From: Pelagomonas calceolata
Taxonomy: Eukaryota
DNA: 64,000 nucleotides
NCBI GenBank assembly: GCA_918797485.1
Contig: CAKKNE010000001.1
Span: 4,464,001 to 4,528,000 of the forward strand
Direction: 5' to 3'
The notes under the pieces were generated by a model, which ran no database searches, was not told the origin of the DNA, and worked only from the letters and a program-made list of their open reading frames with translations. The position numbers and the translations under genes are program-made. Below are positions 21,022 to 31,066 of the stretch, piece by piece (the first letter of the stretch is position 1; every line of letters starts with the position of its first letter).

Positions 21022-22167
21022 ATGATGGTCGTCCTCCTCCTACAAACCCTGCTGCGCCCGGCGCGCCCGCTCCTCGCGCCGCTGCGGCGACGCGCGGCCA
21101 CAGTTGTGCGAGACGCAGCACCACAGCAGCTCGACGCGGCGACGCAAGCGAGGATACGCAAGGCCGGCGCGGACAAGGCGAAAGCACCCCTACGCATGCC
21201 CTCTCGATTATCACCGACGGCCGCGACGACGTTTCTGGAATGCGAGCAGTTGTTCCTGTTTCGGAACCTGTGGCGATTGCCCGAACCGCCATCACCAGCG
21301 CTCGTCCGAGGCTCGCTCGTCCATTCGGTACTGGAGCACATGTTCGACGGCCAGAAGCGGTCCAAGGAAGAGCTGCAAGACGCGTTCCGGGACGAGTGGC
21401 GGTCCGTGCGAGACAAGTACCTCTCCGTACAACCTCCCCTCTTCTCTACGATAGAGGAGGAGAAGACCTGGGGCACGGAGAGTCTTGGGTTGTTGGAGAA
21501 CTATTTGAGATTTGAGACGCCCGACGACGAGACCCTTGTGGAGAGAGAAGCATGGCTCGAAGCAACCGCGAAGGTCCCATCATCCCTACCGCCCCTGAAA
21601 GTCGTGGGCAAGGTCGATCGAGTGGACCGAGAAGACGACGGTTCTCTAAGAGTCGTCGACTACAAGACGGGCCAGGCCGCGTGCGAGCGGCCCTACTACA
21701 AGGAGGAGCTGCGGAATGAATTGCGGGAGCGGGCGCTGTTCCAATTGAGAGTTTATGCCTGGATGCTGTCGAGGCGGGACGGCGGCGCGGACGTGTCGGC
21801 CTTGAGATTGCTCTATTTAGGAGGAGAAAAGGCCGTGGCCGTCGACGAGGCGCTGCCGGCCGACCCGAAGGACCGAAGGAAAGCGCTCGAGGATACGGAA
21901 CGGGAGCTCGTCGACATTTGGAAACGCATCCGCGCGAAGGTGGACCAGGGGGCTTTGTCCTTTGAGAGTTGTGATAGGAAGTGGTGTTTCTGCCACGCGG
22001 CGCGGCCGCTCTGCTTTCCTTCTGCCGACGACGCGTCGGAGGATGATCTCGCCGCGAAGTCCGTGAAGGAACTGCGGGAGCTTTGTAGGGCAAGGGGCCT
22101 CGACAGCGTGGTGAAGCGGGGCCAGGACGCCCGCGCGACGCTGACGGCGCGGTTATCAGGTGGGTAA
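21022..22167 (+). CDS. PD-(D/E)XK RecB/AddB/Cas4-like exonuclease with C-terminal SAP-like domain; probable organelle transit peptide
   Basis: LSPTAATTFLEC, GSLVHSVLE, GKVDRVD, VVDYKTG, FQLRVYA, C-terminal Cys cluster; SAP-like KSVKELRELCRARGL....G....L.ARL. Confidence 0.88.
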   Translation: MMVVLLLQTLLRPARPLLAPLRRRAATVVRDAAPQQLDAATQARIRKAGADKAKAPLRMPSRLSPTAATTFLECEQLFLFRNLWRLPEPPSPALVRGSLVHSVLEHMFDGQKRSKEELQDAFRDEWRSVRDKYLSVQPPLFSTIEEEKTWGTESLGLLENYLRFETPDDETLVEREAWLEATAKVPSSLPPLKVVGKVDRVDREDDGSLRVVDYKTGQAACERPYYKEELRNELRERALFQLRVYAWMLSRRDGGADVSALRLLYLGGEKAVAVDEALPADPKDRRKALEDTERELVDIWKRIRAKVDQGALSFESCDRKWCFCHAARPLCFPSADDASEDDLAAKSVKELRELCRARGLDSVVKRGQDARATLTARLSGG

Positions 22168-22485
22168 TGTCGCTTTTGTAGACTCTATTGTAGACTTCGC
22201 GTCGACGGCGTGCCCTTCTCGCGCGCGCGTCTCGCCTCAAAAAAATTGCGCTTTTCCGGCTCCGTATGCCAAGTACTACTATGAAGGTCCCACGACCGGT
22301 GGACCGGCTCCCCTTCAATCCGCGGAAACCCGACGGCTGGCTGCCAGCCATTTTTTCGCCGCTGTCTGGTGGCCTATTTGGAACTCGTTGGGGCTGCGCA
22401 GACGCAACTAGGCGTCGCAGAAATAGTAACAACAAGCTACACCAGCCGTCCCGCGAGGCTTAGGCTGCGTGGGGCAGCGTCAACC

Positions 22486-22983
22486 ATGGCTGCCGCAACA
22501 GAGACGACGAGGCATGTGTCCTTCGCGCCGGCGACGCCCGTCAAGGACGAGCCGGGCTTCCCCATTCTCGAGAGGAGGTTCTCCGAGATCGGCCAGTACA
22601 TCTCGGACGCGTCGAACGTGTTGATTGCGGCGCCGCGGCCACAGACCGAGCGGCCCGAGCTCGGCAAGGCGCAGGACTCCATCATTCTCGCGAAGAAGAA
22701 GCTGGGGGGCAAGTCCAAGACGCCGCCGCGGGACCGGGGACTGCATTTGGTGGATGTGCACATGTCGCCGGGCCGAGACCTGACGGCCGAGGACTTCGAC
22801 GAGATCGGAGACAGCGAGGACGAGTTCCTCGCCTGCACGGGCTGCGCCGGCTGGCCCGACGCGCCGTCCTTCGAGTGGCCCGACGCGCCGTCGGTCGGGC
22901 TGCCGAGCGCGCCGTCGTGGGCGCGCGACTCGAGCTGGTGGAAGCTCGACGTGGCCGCGGACGAGGTCGCGGACGCCCAGTAG
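22486..22983 (+). CDS. Hypothetical protein
   Basis: ATG in accATGG context, GC3-rich codons, short WPDAPS repeats. Confidence 0.6.
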   Translation: MAAATETTRHVSFAPATPVKDEPGFPILERRFSEIGQYISDASNVLIAAPRPQTERPELGKAQDSIILAKKKLGGKSKTPPRDRGLHLVDVHMSPGRDLTAEDFDEIGDSEDEFLACTGCAGWPDAPSFEWPDAPSVGLPSAPSWARDSSWWKLDVAADEVADAQ

Positions 22984-23046
22984 TAGGTACATAAAATTCA
23001 AGTTTTGCATTCTTTCTACGAGGCTTATCTGCGTAGTACATAAAAT

Positions 23047-23928
23047 TCAAGTCTTCACATTAGGCTGCTCGTCCACGAAGGCGGCGAGGTCTAGCTCTAG
23101 TCGCGGATCCGGTCGCGGGAACTTCTTCAGCTCCCGGCGGATCTCCCGGGCCCGGGCGTCGTAGTCCTCCGCGTCTTCGTCGAGCGCCTTCAGTTTTCTT
23201 TTAATCACTCGTCGGTCCGCGGCGACGGCGGAGAGCTCTGCTATGTTCATCTCTCCGTGAATCTGCGCCGCGGCGGCGTCGACGAAGGAGGGGTCCGCGG
23301 CCAGGGCGCCATAGACGGCGGCGCCCAGCCACGCGTCGCGCGCGGCGTAGGCCAGCTGTGTTGTCTGCAGCCGTCTCATCGCCCAGTTCGAGCAGGCGAT
23401 CTTCTTGGCCTTGGGCGCGATGGGCCCGCCGATCGCGCGGTAGGCGACCTCTCTCAAGGCGATGCGCCGCCCCTTGCGCGGGCCGCCGATGTCCAGCCGG
23501 CCGCTTAGCTTCATCCGAGAATCTATATTGTACAGCTCTACCGCGTCGTCGTCAAGCCCGACGCCCACCTTCACAACGCTCGGATCGCTCAGCACGTCCG
23601 CGAGGGCCCCCGACGCGCACACGTCGCCCGAGATCAGATGTGCGACCAGGCAGGCGTCCCCCGCGGCGAGCTGGAGCACGTGCGGGCCCGGCGCGGGCGG
23701 TTTGCGGCCGGGGAACGCACACGCGGTCTCCGTATCAAATCCCAAGGCGGCGGCGCCGGCAGCATTGTCGCGAAGCCAGCGGTTTACCCTACGAGCATCG
23801 TCCGTATAACAGACTGTCATGCATCGCTCGTCGGTCGTGGGCTCGCCCCGCGGCGCCGGCAGCGCCTCGAAGTGGTGCGTGTAGGAGAACGCGTCCGCAC
23901 AAGCGACGACGAGTACAAACGCCCGCAT
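23047..23928 (-). CDS. WRN-like DEDDy 3'-5' exonuclease, probably plastid-targeted
   Basis: LGFDTE, LQLA, KVGVGLDDD, SNW, YAARDAW; presequence MRAFVLVVACADA-F. Confidence 0.9.
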   Translation of the reverse strand: MRAFVLVVACADAFSYTHHFEALPAPRGEPTTDERCMTVCYTDDARRVNRWLRDNAAGAAALGFDTETACAFPGRKPPAPGPHVLQLAAGDACLVAHLISGDVCASGALADVLSDPSVVKVGVGLDDDAVELYNIDSRMKLSGRLDIGGPRKGRRIALREVAYRAIGGPIAPKAKKIACSNWAMRRLQTTQLAYAARDAWLGAAVYGALAADPSFVDAAAAQIHGEMNIAELSAVAADRRVIKRKLKALDEDAEDYDARAREIRRELKKFPRPDPRLELDLAAFVDEQPNVKT

Positions 23929-23929
23929 T

Positions 23930-24121
23930 CTATAGATCGCCGTGCATAATTTTGCGCCGCCTCCCGCTCTCGTCGACTTCGTAGTTATCTTCGTCGGACG
24001 AACCGCCGCCTCTACGCCGGCAGAAGACCACAGGGACAACTACTAGTAGTATCGCGATCGCTACGTATTGCGGGTTCCAGGGGGCGCCTGCTGGAGCTTC
24101 TGGCGTCTCTGGGGTGTCCAT
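23930..24121 (-). CDS. Small single-TM protein (63 aa) abutting the exonuclease start
   Basis: ATG at 24121; YVAIAILLVVVPVVFC followed by RRR (positive-inside); TAG is 1 nt before the next ATG. Confidence 0.5.
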   Translation of the reverse strand: MDTPETPEAPAGAPWNPQYVAIAILLVVVPVVFCRRRGGGSSDEDNYEVDESGRRRKIMHGDL

Positions 24122-24292
24122 GTAAGGCTGCAGTCAGGCGTGTCGTAGGGCGCCTTGGCGCCCGCCGCGTAGGCCGCCGGTAAAGTATAAGGCGTAATAG
24201 ATCGAAACCCGGTCCCAGCAAGAACGCTGCGCCTAGACTCCCGCCTGGAGGTACGTTAAAGGTACTTTTATGCGAGGGGTGCTCCCGAATTG

Positions 24293-24314
24293 CTAGTGTG
24301 TTACATGCCGCTAG
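24293..24314 (-). promoter_or_regulatory. CTAG-N14-CTAG motif copy
   Basis: Reverse complement ctagcggcatgtaacacactag between divergent starts 24121 and 24516. Confidence 0.6.
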
Positions 24315-24515
24315 CTGAGCGCACTTGCCAAAAACGCCACACCACGAGCCCTTACGCACGCTGTCACCTGCCCCAGTGGTTGTTATTATATAGCCTGCAT
24401 TGCACTGGTAACCAGCGGTGCCAGCGCTAACGGGTGCAGCCAAGCGCAACACGCTCTGCTCTCTCACACTGCAACACCCTGCTCGTCGCAGCGCTCGCGT
24501 GAGGACCTTGAAACG

Positions 24516-25106
24516 ATGCCGCGCCCGGCCGCCCACGCCAGACGTGTTGTAGCACTGCTGTCACTGGCCGCAGCATTCCTCGCGCCACAAACGCGCACGC
24601 GGCATCATCGACTGCACGCCAAAAAGCCTCCACCAAAAAAGCGCGACGGCCGGAGATTAAAAATTGCCACGAACCGCAAGGCGCGCTTCACCTATGAAAT
24701 TATAAAAACAATGGAGGCCGGCATCGCGCTCCAGGGCACGGAGGTCAAGAGCTGTCGAGACGGCAACGCGAACATTGCCGATGGGTTCGCGAGAATAGAA
24801 AACGGCGAGTGCATGCTGATCAACGTCGACATTGCGAAACACAAAACGACGGGCGACTACTTCCAGCACGACGCGCGGCGGCCGCGGCGACTGCTCTTAC
24901 ACAAGAGCGAGATCCGCAAGCTCGCGGGGGACATGGTCGACCCGGGGTTCACGCTCATACCGCTTTCTTTATATTTCAACGACAAGAACCTGTTGAAAGT
25001 GGACCTTGCCTTGTGTAGAGGCAAGTCTCAAAGAGACAAGCGGAAGGATATTAAAGAACGGGAGGACAAGCGCATGCTCGCGCGCGCGTCGAAGGGGGTG
25101 TACTAA
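24516..25106 (+). CDS. smpB: SsrA-binding protein SmpB, nuclear-encoded, plastid-targeted
   Basis: IATNRKARFTY, EAGIALQGTEVKS.R, R.R.LLLHKSEI, G.TLIPLSLYF, RGK...DKR..IKERE; presequence AAA-FLAP. Confidence 0.95.
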   Translation: MPRPAAHARRVVALLSLAAAFLAPQTRTRHHRLHAKKPPPKKRDGRRLKIATNRKARFTYEIIKTMEAGIALQGTEVKSCRDGNANIADGFARIENGECMLINVDIAKHKTTGDYFQHDARRPRRLLLHKSEIRKLAGDMVDPGFTLIPLSLYFNDKNLLKVDLALCRGKSQRDKRKDIKEREDKRMLARASKGVY

Positions 25107-25158
25107 TACTGTGTCTTACAACAGGAAATAAAGGAAGGCGGATCGAACAGGGGATAAA

Positions 25159-26820
25159 TCACGGCGCCGGGGGCGCCTCGGCCTCGAGGACGGGCTCGTC
25201 GTCGTCGTCGGAGTCCTCCTGAGGCTGGACGGAACCTCTGCGCCCGAGCGCCGCGGCAACTGCATTCAGCACGGAGGAACGGCGCCGGGGAGCGGAGTCG
25301 CGCGAGCCCCGCGAGAAGCGGAACAGCGAGCGCCGAGGGGCAGGGGCTTCCGGGTAGGGCGCGGGCGCCGGCGCCTCAGACGTCGCCGCAGTCTTGCGCT
25401 CTTCGCTTTCGACGGCATCGACGAGGTCGCCCTTGCCCGTCGCTACTAAAAATTCGCGCGCGCTGCGATAGGCATCGAAGGCTGCCGTCGCGCGCCAGTC
25501 GTCCGTGACGAGCTGGCCTAGGCACAATTGTAATTCGCACACAAAGGCCGTGGCCCCATCGTCGTCCACGAAGCGGAAGTGGAAGAAGACGGTGCCCGGG
25601 GTTGTGGACTCCCCAAATAAGCAGTCGACGCAGTCCACTAATTCCACCCGGTTCTTCGCCGCGTCCGACCCTTCCACGACGGACGCAACATCACACTCTT
25701 CCAGCGCCAAGATGGCGCGCGACAGCTGGGACGGCGTCGCCACGGTCACCCGAGCCCGCGCGACGTCCGGCAGGGAACATAAACGAAAGCCCGGGTCCCG
25801 GGCCAAGTCCGCGAGCGTCGCCTGACCGTCTTGGGACCCCGCCGCCCGTCGCCGCACGCGCAGCGAGTGCGGCGGGACCTCATCAGTCTCGCCGCCGTCC
25901 TCGCCCGTCGGCGCCTCGTAGGGCGCATCATCACTGTCGAGCGACGCTTCCGCGCATCCCGCGAGCGTCGCCATCCTCCATAAACTTTTGCTGGGCGGGA
26001 TGGACACGACGCCGTTACTCCGTTTGGCGATGGCGTCGGCCAGCGGCTTCAGCCGCTTCCTTGCCAACGCGGCCCGCTTCGACGTGGCCGCGAGGTCATC
26101 CCTCAAAGTCTGCTGGGCCTTGAGTTGCCTCTGGCAGCGGATCATCCGCAATCTAGCTGCCACAGCACCTAGTCGCGCCGCGACGTCGTCCCAGCGGTCC
26201 CGAGCGTCGTCGTTGGACGTAATAGACCCGTCGGCGATCGACGCCATCGTCCGCGCGTGCTGGACGCTTCGTTCGAGGTGCGCGAGGGGCCCCTCGCGGA
26301 ACCGTCGCCGCAACTCCGCCAGCGCCGGGCCCGGCTCGCGCTGGACCCGCCTGGCTTCCGCGCGCGCCGCGACCGCCACCGCCCGCGCCGCGTACTCGAC
26401 GGCCTGCGCCTCCTGCTCCGTCCACTCGTCCGGGCTCAAGCGGTCGTATCGCTCGAGGAACCGCTTCAGGCCCCTATTAGTTGGTGTGAGGCGGGCGAAG
26501 GGCGCGTAGCCGTCCTGGTCCGAGTAGTGGCCCAGCGCCGCGAAGGCGTCGTCGAGCGTCGCGCAGAGCTTCTGGACGACGTCGTGCTGGGGCAGGCTGT
26601 CCAAATCGCCGTCGTCGACGGGCTGGTTCGCGCTCAGGCGCAGGGCCACGCCCGCGACCGTCGCTTCCACGAGCTCCGGTCGTATCTGCGCGAGCTGGGA
26701 CGACCGGCGCCGGCCCGTGAGGAGGCCGAGCACGACCGACGCGCTGCTGCGGCGGCGCGAGCTCCGCCGCGACGCGCTCGTCACGGCGCTGCCCCTTCGG
26801 CTGCCCGCGTCGTCCGCCAT
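25159..26820 (-). CDS. Hypothetical protein with a degenerate RelA/SpoT-like nucleotidyltransferase-fold region
   Basis: Long ORF; K...R, DVARARV and VCELQL motifs. Confidence 0.55.
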   Translation of the reverse strand: MADDAGSRRGSAVTSASRRSSRRRSSASVVLGLLTGRRRSSQLAQIRPELVEATVAGVALRLSANQPVDDGDLDSLPQHDVVQKLCATLDDAFAALGHYSDQDGYAPFARLTPTNRGLKRFLERYDRLSPDEWTEQEAQAVEYAARAVAVAARAEARRVQREPGPALAELRRRFREGPLAHLERSVQHARTMASIADGSITSNDDARDRWDDVAARLGAVAARLRMIRCQRQLKAQQTLRDDLAATSKRAALARKRLKPLADAIAKRSNGVVSIPPSKSLWRMATLAGCAEASLDSDDAPYEAPTGEDGGETDEVPPHSLRVRRRAAGSQDGQATLADLARDPGFRLCSLPDVARARVTVATPSQLSRAILALEECDVASVVEGSDAAKNRVELVDCVDCLFGESTTPGTVFFHFRFVDDDGATAFVCELQLCLGQLVTDDWRATAAFDAYRSAREFLVATGKGDLVDAVESEERKTAATSEAPAPAPYPEAPAPRRSLFRFSRGSRDSAPRRRSSVLNAVAAALGRRGSVQPQEDSDDDDEPVLEAEAPPAP

Positions 26821-27139
26821 CGCTGCCACCGCCGTAGCCAGCGCTGCCCGGGCGTGCGCTCGCGCCGCAGCGGTCCGCGGAGCACCCGTATCAGGCCGGA
26901 TTGGCAGCGCAGCTAGGCACGTCCGTCAACCTCTCCCCCAGCAAAAAGATGTGCGGCGGACCGATGGAACCGAGAGGAGGCATCTCTCGGAGCGGTCCAC
27001 GAGAGGTCAAGGAACCGTCTTAGAGAAGCAAAATGATCACGCCATTCAAATACGTTCAAATCGGGTTCAGTGTGAGCCGAGCTAGTTTGGAGTCGTTGCG
27101 GCTGTAAAAGGGGTCCAAGGCAGCCCTCCGGACCGCAAA

Positions 27140-30124
27140 ATGGAGCCTCCGAACCCAAACACGACGCCGGGCCAGCGGCCGTCCTCCGTACCGAGCTGGA
27201 TGTCCGAACTAAAGGGCCAGCCCGGCGTACCGGCGCTGCCGCCGCGGCAGCGGGCAGCCCATTTGATCGACGGCGCCGCGCCGACGAGTCGACCGCGGGC
27301 GCCCATCGTCGCGCCGACAGCGCAGGCTCCAAAGCCTGCGAGGCGGCCGCGCCGCCGCAGCGCGCCTACGAAAAAGGAGCGCGCGCCGCCGCGGTCGCTG
27401 ACCGAGTCCTGGGAGAGTTTGCGGCTGTTCGGGCGGAAGAACCTGGGACGGCGACTCGAAGAGGAGCCCTCGGACCACGTGCATTTTGTGAATTGCGACA
27501 CTACGCAAGAAGAGGCGTCGTCGCTCTTTTCGGTAAAAGAGGTCGTCGAACACAGCGACGGACACCTGGAGGCGCAGCCGAGCTCTATGTTCGTAATTCC
27601 GGAGCTGCCGCGGGGCCGCGAGTTATTATTGAACGTGCTGTCGACCTGGGGGGACCCTCACTACGTCGGGTTAGCTGCAGAGCATAAATCATGACCTCCA
27701 CGCCATCGACGCGACGCCAGCTCGATTAGCACCCGACTCGCTGGTTGATTTGCACACAGGTTAGCCGGCTTCGAGGTCTTCGACGAGCGCGGCGAATTAG
27801 TACCAGTAGAGGACGTCTGGGCCGACCCGCCCGACATTAATGTGCTGCCCGGTAACGAAGACGACCCGCGCGTCGTAGAGAACCTGTTAGATGGCGTAAA
27901 CCACACCGGCGATGATTTACATGCGTGGCTCGCACCGTTCACGCGGGGCCAGCACCACCACGTCGGATTACGGTTCACTCGCACGACGACCATAGCTATG
28001 GTCCGGCTCTGGAACTACAATAAATCAAGGATCCATTCATATAGAGGCGTTCGCTACGCGGAGATGATGCTTGACAACCGAGCCATCTTCAAGGGCGAAA
28101 TCCGGCGGGCGTCGGGCCCGCTGACGGATGATTGTAGCGAGTGCATCCTGTTCACGACGGACGAGGAGACGCTGCGGCGCATCGAACAGAACGACCGGTG
28201 CGCGACGCCGACGACGCCGCCGCCTCGAGTGTCGTCCGCGGAGTATCGCCCCGGCGCGTCCGCCGCCGTGACACGAGCCGCAAAACCTGCAGTGCGCGAG
28301 TCGACGCCCGACGCCTGGACCGACGAGCGCCCGAAGACGTCGTGCGGCAACCGGGGCGCCTCCCGCAACCGCAAGAAGCGGCCCACAAATGTCAAGGCGC
28401 CGCGCGAGGCGTATAAAGCCTCGAGCTTGTCACTCGATATAAGCTCGAAGCCTCTACAAAGGCGCGAGGTTGTGAAGGCATCAACGCCGGTCGCGATGCG
28501 GTCGCGGCCCTCGACGGCGCAGCCCCATCGGACGACGGACCTGCCGCGCGGCCGGCGCCTGGAGCTGAGGATCCTCTCGAACTGGGGCGACCCCTGTTTC
28601 GTCGGCTTGGCTGGTCTCGAAGTGCTCGACGAGAACTTTGAGGTGTTGAAGAGTCCCTCGCACACGTCGCTGCGGGGCCTCCGGTCGTCGCCGCCCGGCT
28701 CGCCGGCACGGCTCGAGGGTGGCACGGAGGAGATTCAAGAGGACACGATCGGCGATTTGGACCAACTAGCCGCGCCGCCTCAAGTCTCTACCGATCCGAG
28801 CACGATGTGGGCCGTCTCTACGCAACGGGTCGCCGCGACGCTACGCATCCTCGTCGACCTGGGCCAGAGCACTACCGTAGGAGCGCTGAAGGTCTGGAAC
28901 TATAACGCTGGCCTCGAGGGTACCTACGTCGGCGTGCGGCGGCTGGCCGTGACGCTCGACGCAGTGTAGAATCAAAATTCTCGGCGCCACCCGCCATCAA
29001 CGCGACGTTGACTCACGCAGGCTGGACGGCCGCCGGCTCTCGCCTCCAGAGGGCTTTCTCATCCGTAAAGCTCCTGGAAACGACAGTTTCGACTTTGGGC
29101 AATTCGTCGACTTCTCGCCGGGCAGCACTTCTGTGAACACGCCCGTGCACAAACAGCAGGGAAGGCGCTTCGACGACGTCAGTTTCAACAAGGAGAACGA
29201 CCACCAGTCCGTGCTCTCCGAGGCCGACTGGGACGACGAATCCATGCTCATGGAGTCGCTGTCGGGCGTGTCCGTCGCTCGCGTCGCTCCTAACAACGTG
29301 TGCCTCGTGCCGCAGCAGTACGAGACGCCGCTCTTCCCCTGCGGCTGCATCTTCAAGCTATGTTTGCTCTCGACGCACGGCGACGGCCACTATGTGGGGC
29401 TGTCAGGCCTCGAGCTCGCCGACGCCGAGGGCCGCGTCATACCAATCGACGCCGAATGCGTCCATGCCGAACCGCGCGATTTGAATGTGCTGCCGGAAAA
29501 CGAGAGTCGCAAGGATGCGCGCACCTGTGTGGAAATCAACCAGCGTGTCGGGTGCACCCGACAATTCTTCACTTAGTCATTTCTCGGCGATGACGTGGCC
29601 GCGCTGGCTCCGTCGAGCGGTGAGGAACCGACATCGCCACGCCATCGAGCAGGTGTCGCGTCGATGGCGTGGAGGTCGACGCGGCGATTCAGGACGAACG
29701 CGTCGTAGATTTGATTTCCACACAGGCGCGCACGCTTGACAAGCTGATCGATGGCAAGAACCAAGGAGAAGAAAAGCACTCGTGGCTCGCGCCGTTCACG
29801 GAGACGAATGCCATCTTCGTGTGTTTTGATGCCGCCGTGGCCATCTCGCGCCTGACGCTCTGGAACTACGCCAAGACGCCGGCGCGCGGCGTGCGGGAGC
29901 TCGACGTTTTCGTCGACGACGTCCTCGTCTATCGCGGGGTTCTGAAGCGGGCGCCGGAGGCCTCGCAAGGCCAAACCGTGCTCTTCACGAACGCGCAGCC
30001 CGTCGTCGACAGCGAGAGGCACCGCATCTACAACGACGTCGAAGAGTCGTGCCTGTTCATCGACGAGGGGTCGGTGGTCGTCGAGAGTTCGGACCAGCGG
30101 CCGCGGACGGCGGTGTATGCTTAA
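27140..30124 (+). CDS. KATNIP: KATNIP/KIAA0556 (DUF4457 repeat) ciliary protein, 4 exons, ~872 aa
   Basis: Exons 27140-27669, 27760-28953, 29021-29516, 29726-30124. Repeated STWGD.HYVGL.G.E, NLLDGVN.T.DD.H.WLAPF, WNYNKSRIHSYRG, WNYAKTPARGV. Confidence 0.9.
27678..27759 (+). mobile_element. Introner; intron 27670-27759, GT-AG
   Basis: TSD gttagctg / gttagccg; ends cagagcataaatc...gatttgcacacag; core ctccacgccatcgacgcgacgcc. Confidence 0.9.
28962..29020 (+). mobile_element. Short relic introner; intron 28954-29020, GC-AG
   Basis: TSD gctcgacg / gctggacg; starts cagtgtagaatcaaa; core cgccatcaacgcgacg. Confidence 0.85.
29525..29725 (+). mobile_element. Full-length young introner (201 bp); intron 29517-29725, GC-AG
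   Basis: Perfect 15-bp TIR ctgtgtggaaatcaa / ttgatttccacacag; perfect TSD gcgcgcac (29517-24, 29726-33). Confidence 0.97.
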
Positions 30125-30586
30125 GATGTTCTGTTTTTATCTTTGCGCGGTCCGCTCGCGGCTCGCGTTTCGGGCTTTGCAGCAGCATTGCGGTTCGCCG
30201 TGCTCGAGAGTGTCCCGACTGTGTCGAGAGAGGTGCACGGAGTCCGTTTCTTGGGTGGAGAATGTCTAAGATCTGACTAAGGCCGGGCCTGTGCCGAGTT
30301 CGTGTCCAGCTCGATGAGATTGGGCAAGTGACACACGCCGCGTGTAGCTGCTGCAATTGCATAATAAGCAACCACGAGGCGTTCACGTGCAACAAGATCC
30401 CTGCGGGGCATCCGGAGTTGCGATTTTGCAAAAGACGCGCCGCAAAAAGAGCAACAGCAGACCGGAAGGCCAGCTAAGCTGGTGAACCTGCGCTCTGTGC
30501 TAGGTAATAAGACCCAAGTCGCCGAGCAGCTCTGCGAGTCTATCCAGGACGCGCGACCGAAGCCAAGCAAGTCGTTTTTCAAGAGG

Positions 30587-31066
30587 ATGAGACGGTCTAT
30601 ACGCGTCGCGCTGCGGGGACGGTCACCGCGCAAGCAGCGGAGAGACGCGAATTCGAAGTGGCGGTCTCTCGTACGGAAGGGAAAGAAGGCTGACAAGCCA
30701 ATTGACGACGAGCGCATGATGGCGATGCTCGCCCAAAAAATGGAGCGGGCGCGTCTCGACAACGATTCAGCCGAGCTGTTCCAGTTAGACATGCCCGAGG
30801 ACAGCGACGAGTCGACCAGGGCGGTCATTACGCCGACGGCGTCGCTCGAGGATGCGGACGGCGCGACGGTCATCCAAAGGGGCTACGATGTCCGCCGCGT
30901 GTCCCGCGACAGCCAGGACGACGACGCCGATGACGCGTGGGGCCAATTCCTAGATTTAGAGGACGACGAGGAGCCGCGAACTCCTCGCTCGCCCGCCATC
31001 CTGATCGTGCCGCAGCTGTCGGCGTCAATCGACGTGCCGCGGCCGCGGGCGCCCCTCTGCTTCTAG
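30587..31066 (+). CDS. Hypothetical protein, tandem paralog A
   Basis: Shares MR.S.R.ALR, GAT.IQR.YD, WGQ.L.L.E and PA...VP.LS..ID with 31503-32120. Confidence 0.65.
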   Translation: MRRSIRVALRGRSPRKQRRDANSKWRSLVRKGKKADKPIDDERMMAMLAQKMERARLDNDSAELFQLDMPEDSDESTRAVITPTASLEDADGATVIQRGYDVRRVSRDSQDDDADDAWGQFLDLEDDEEPRTPRSPAILIVPQLSASIDVPRPRAPLCF

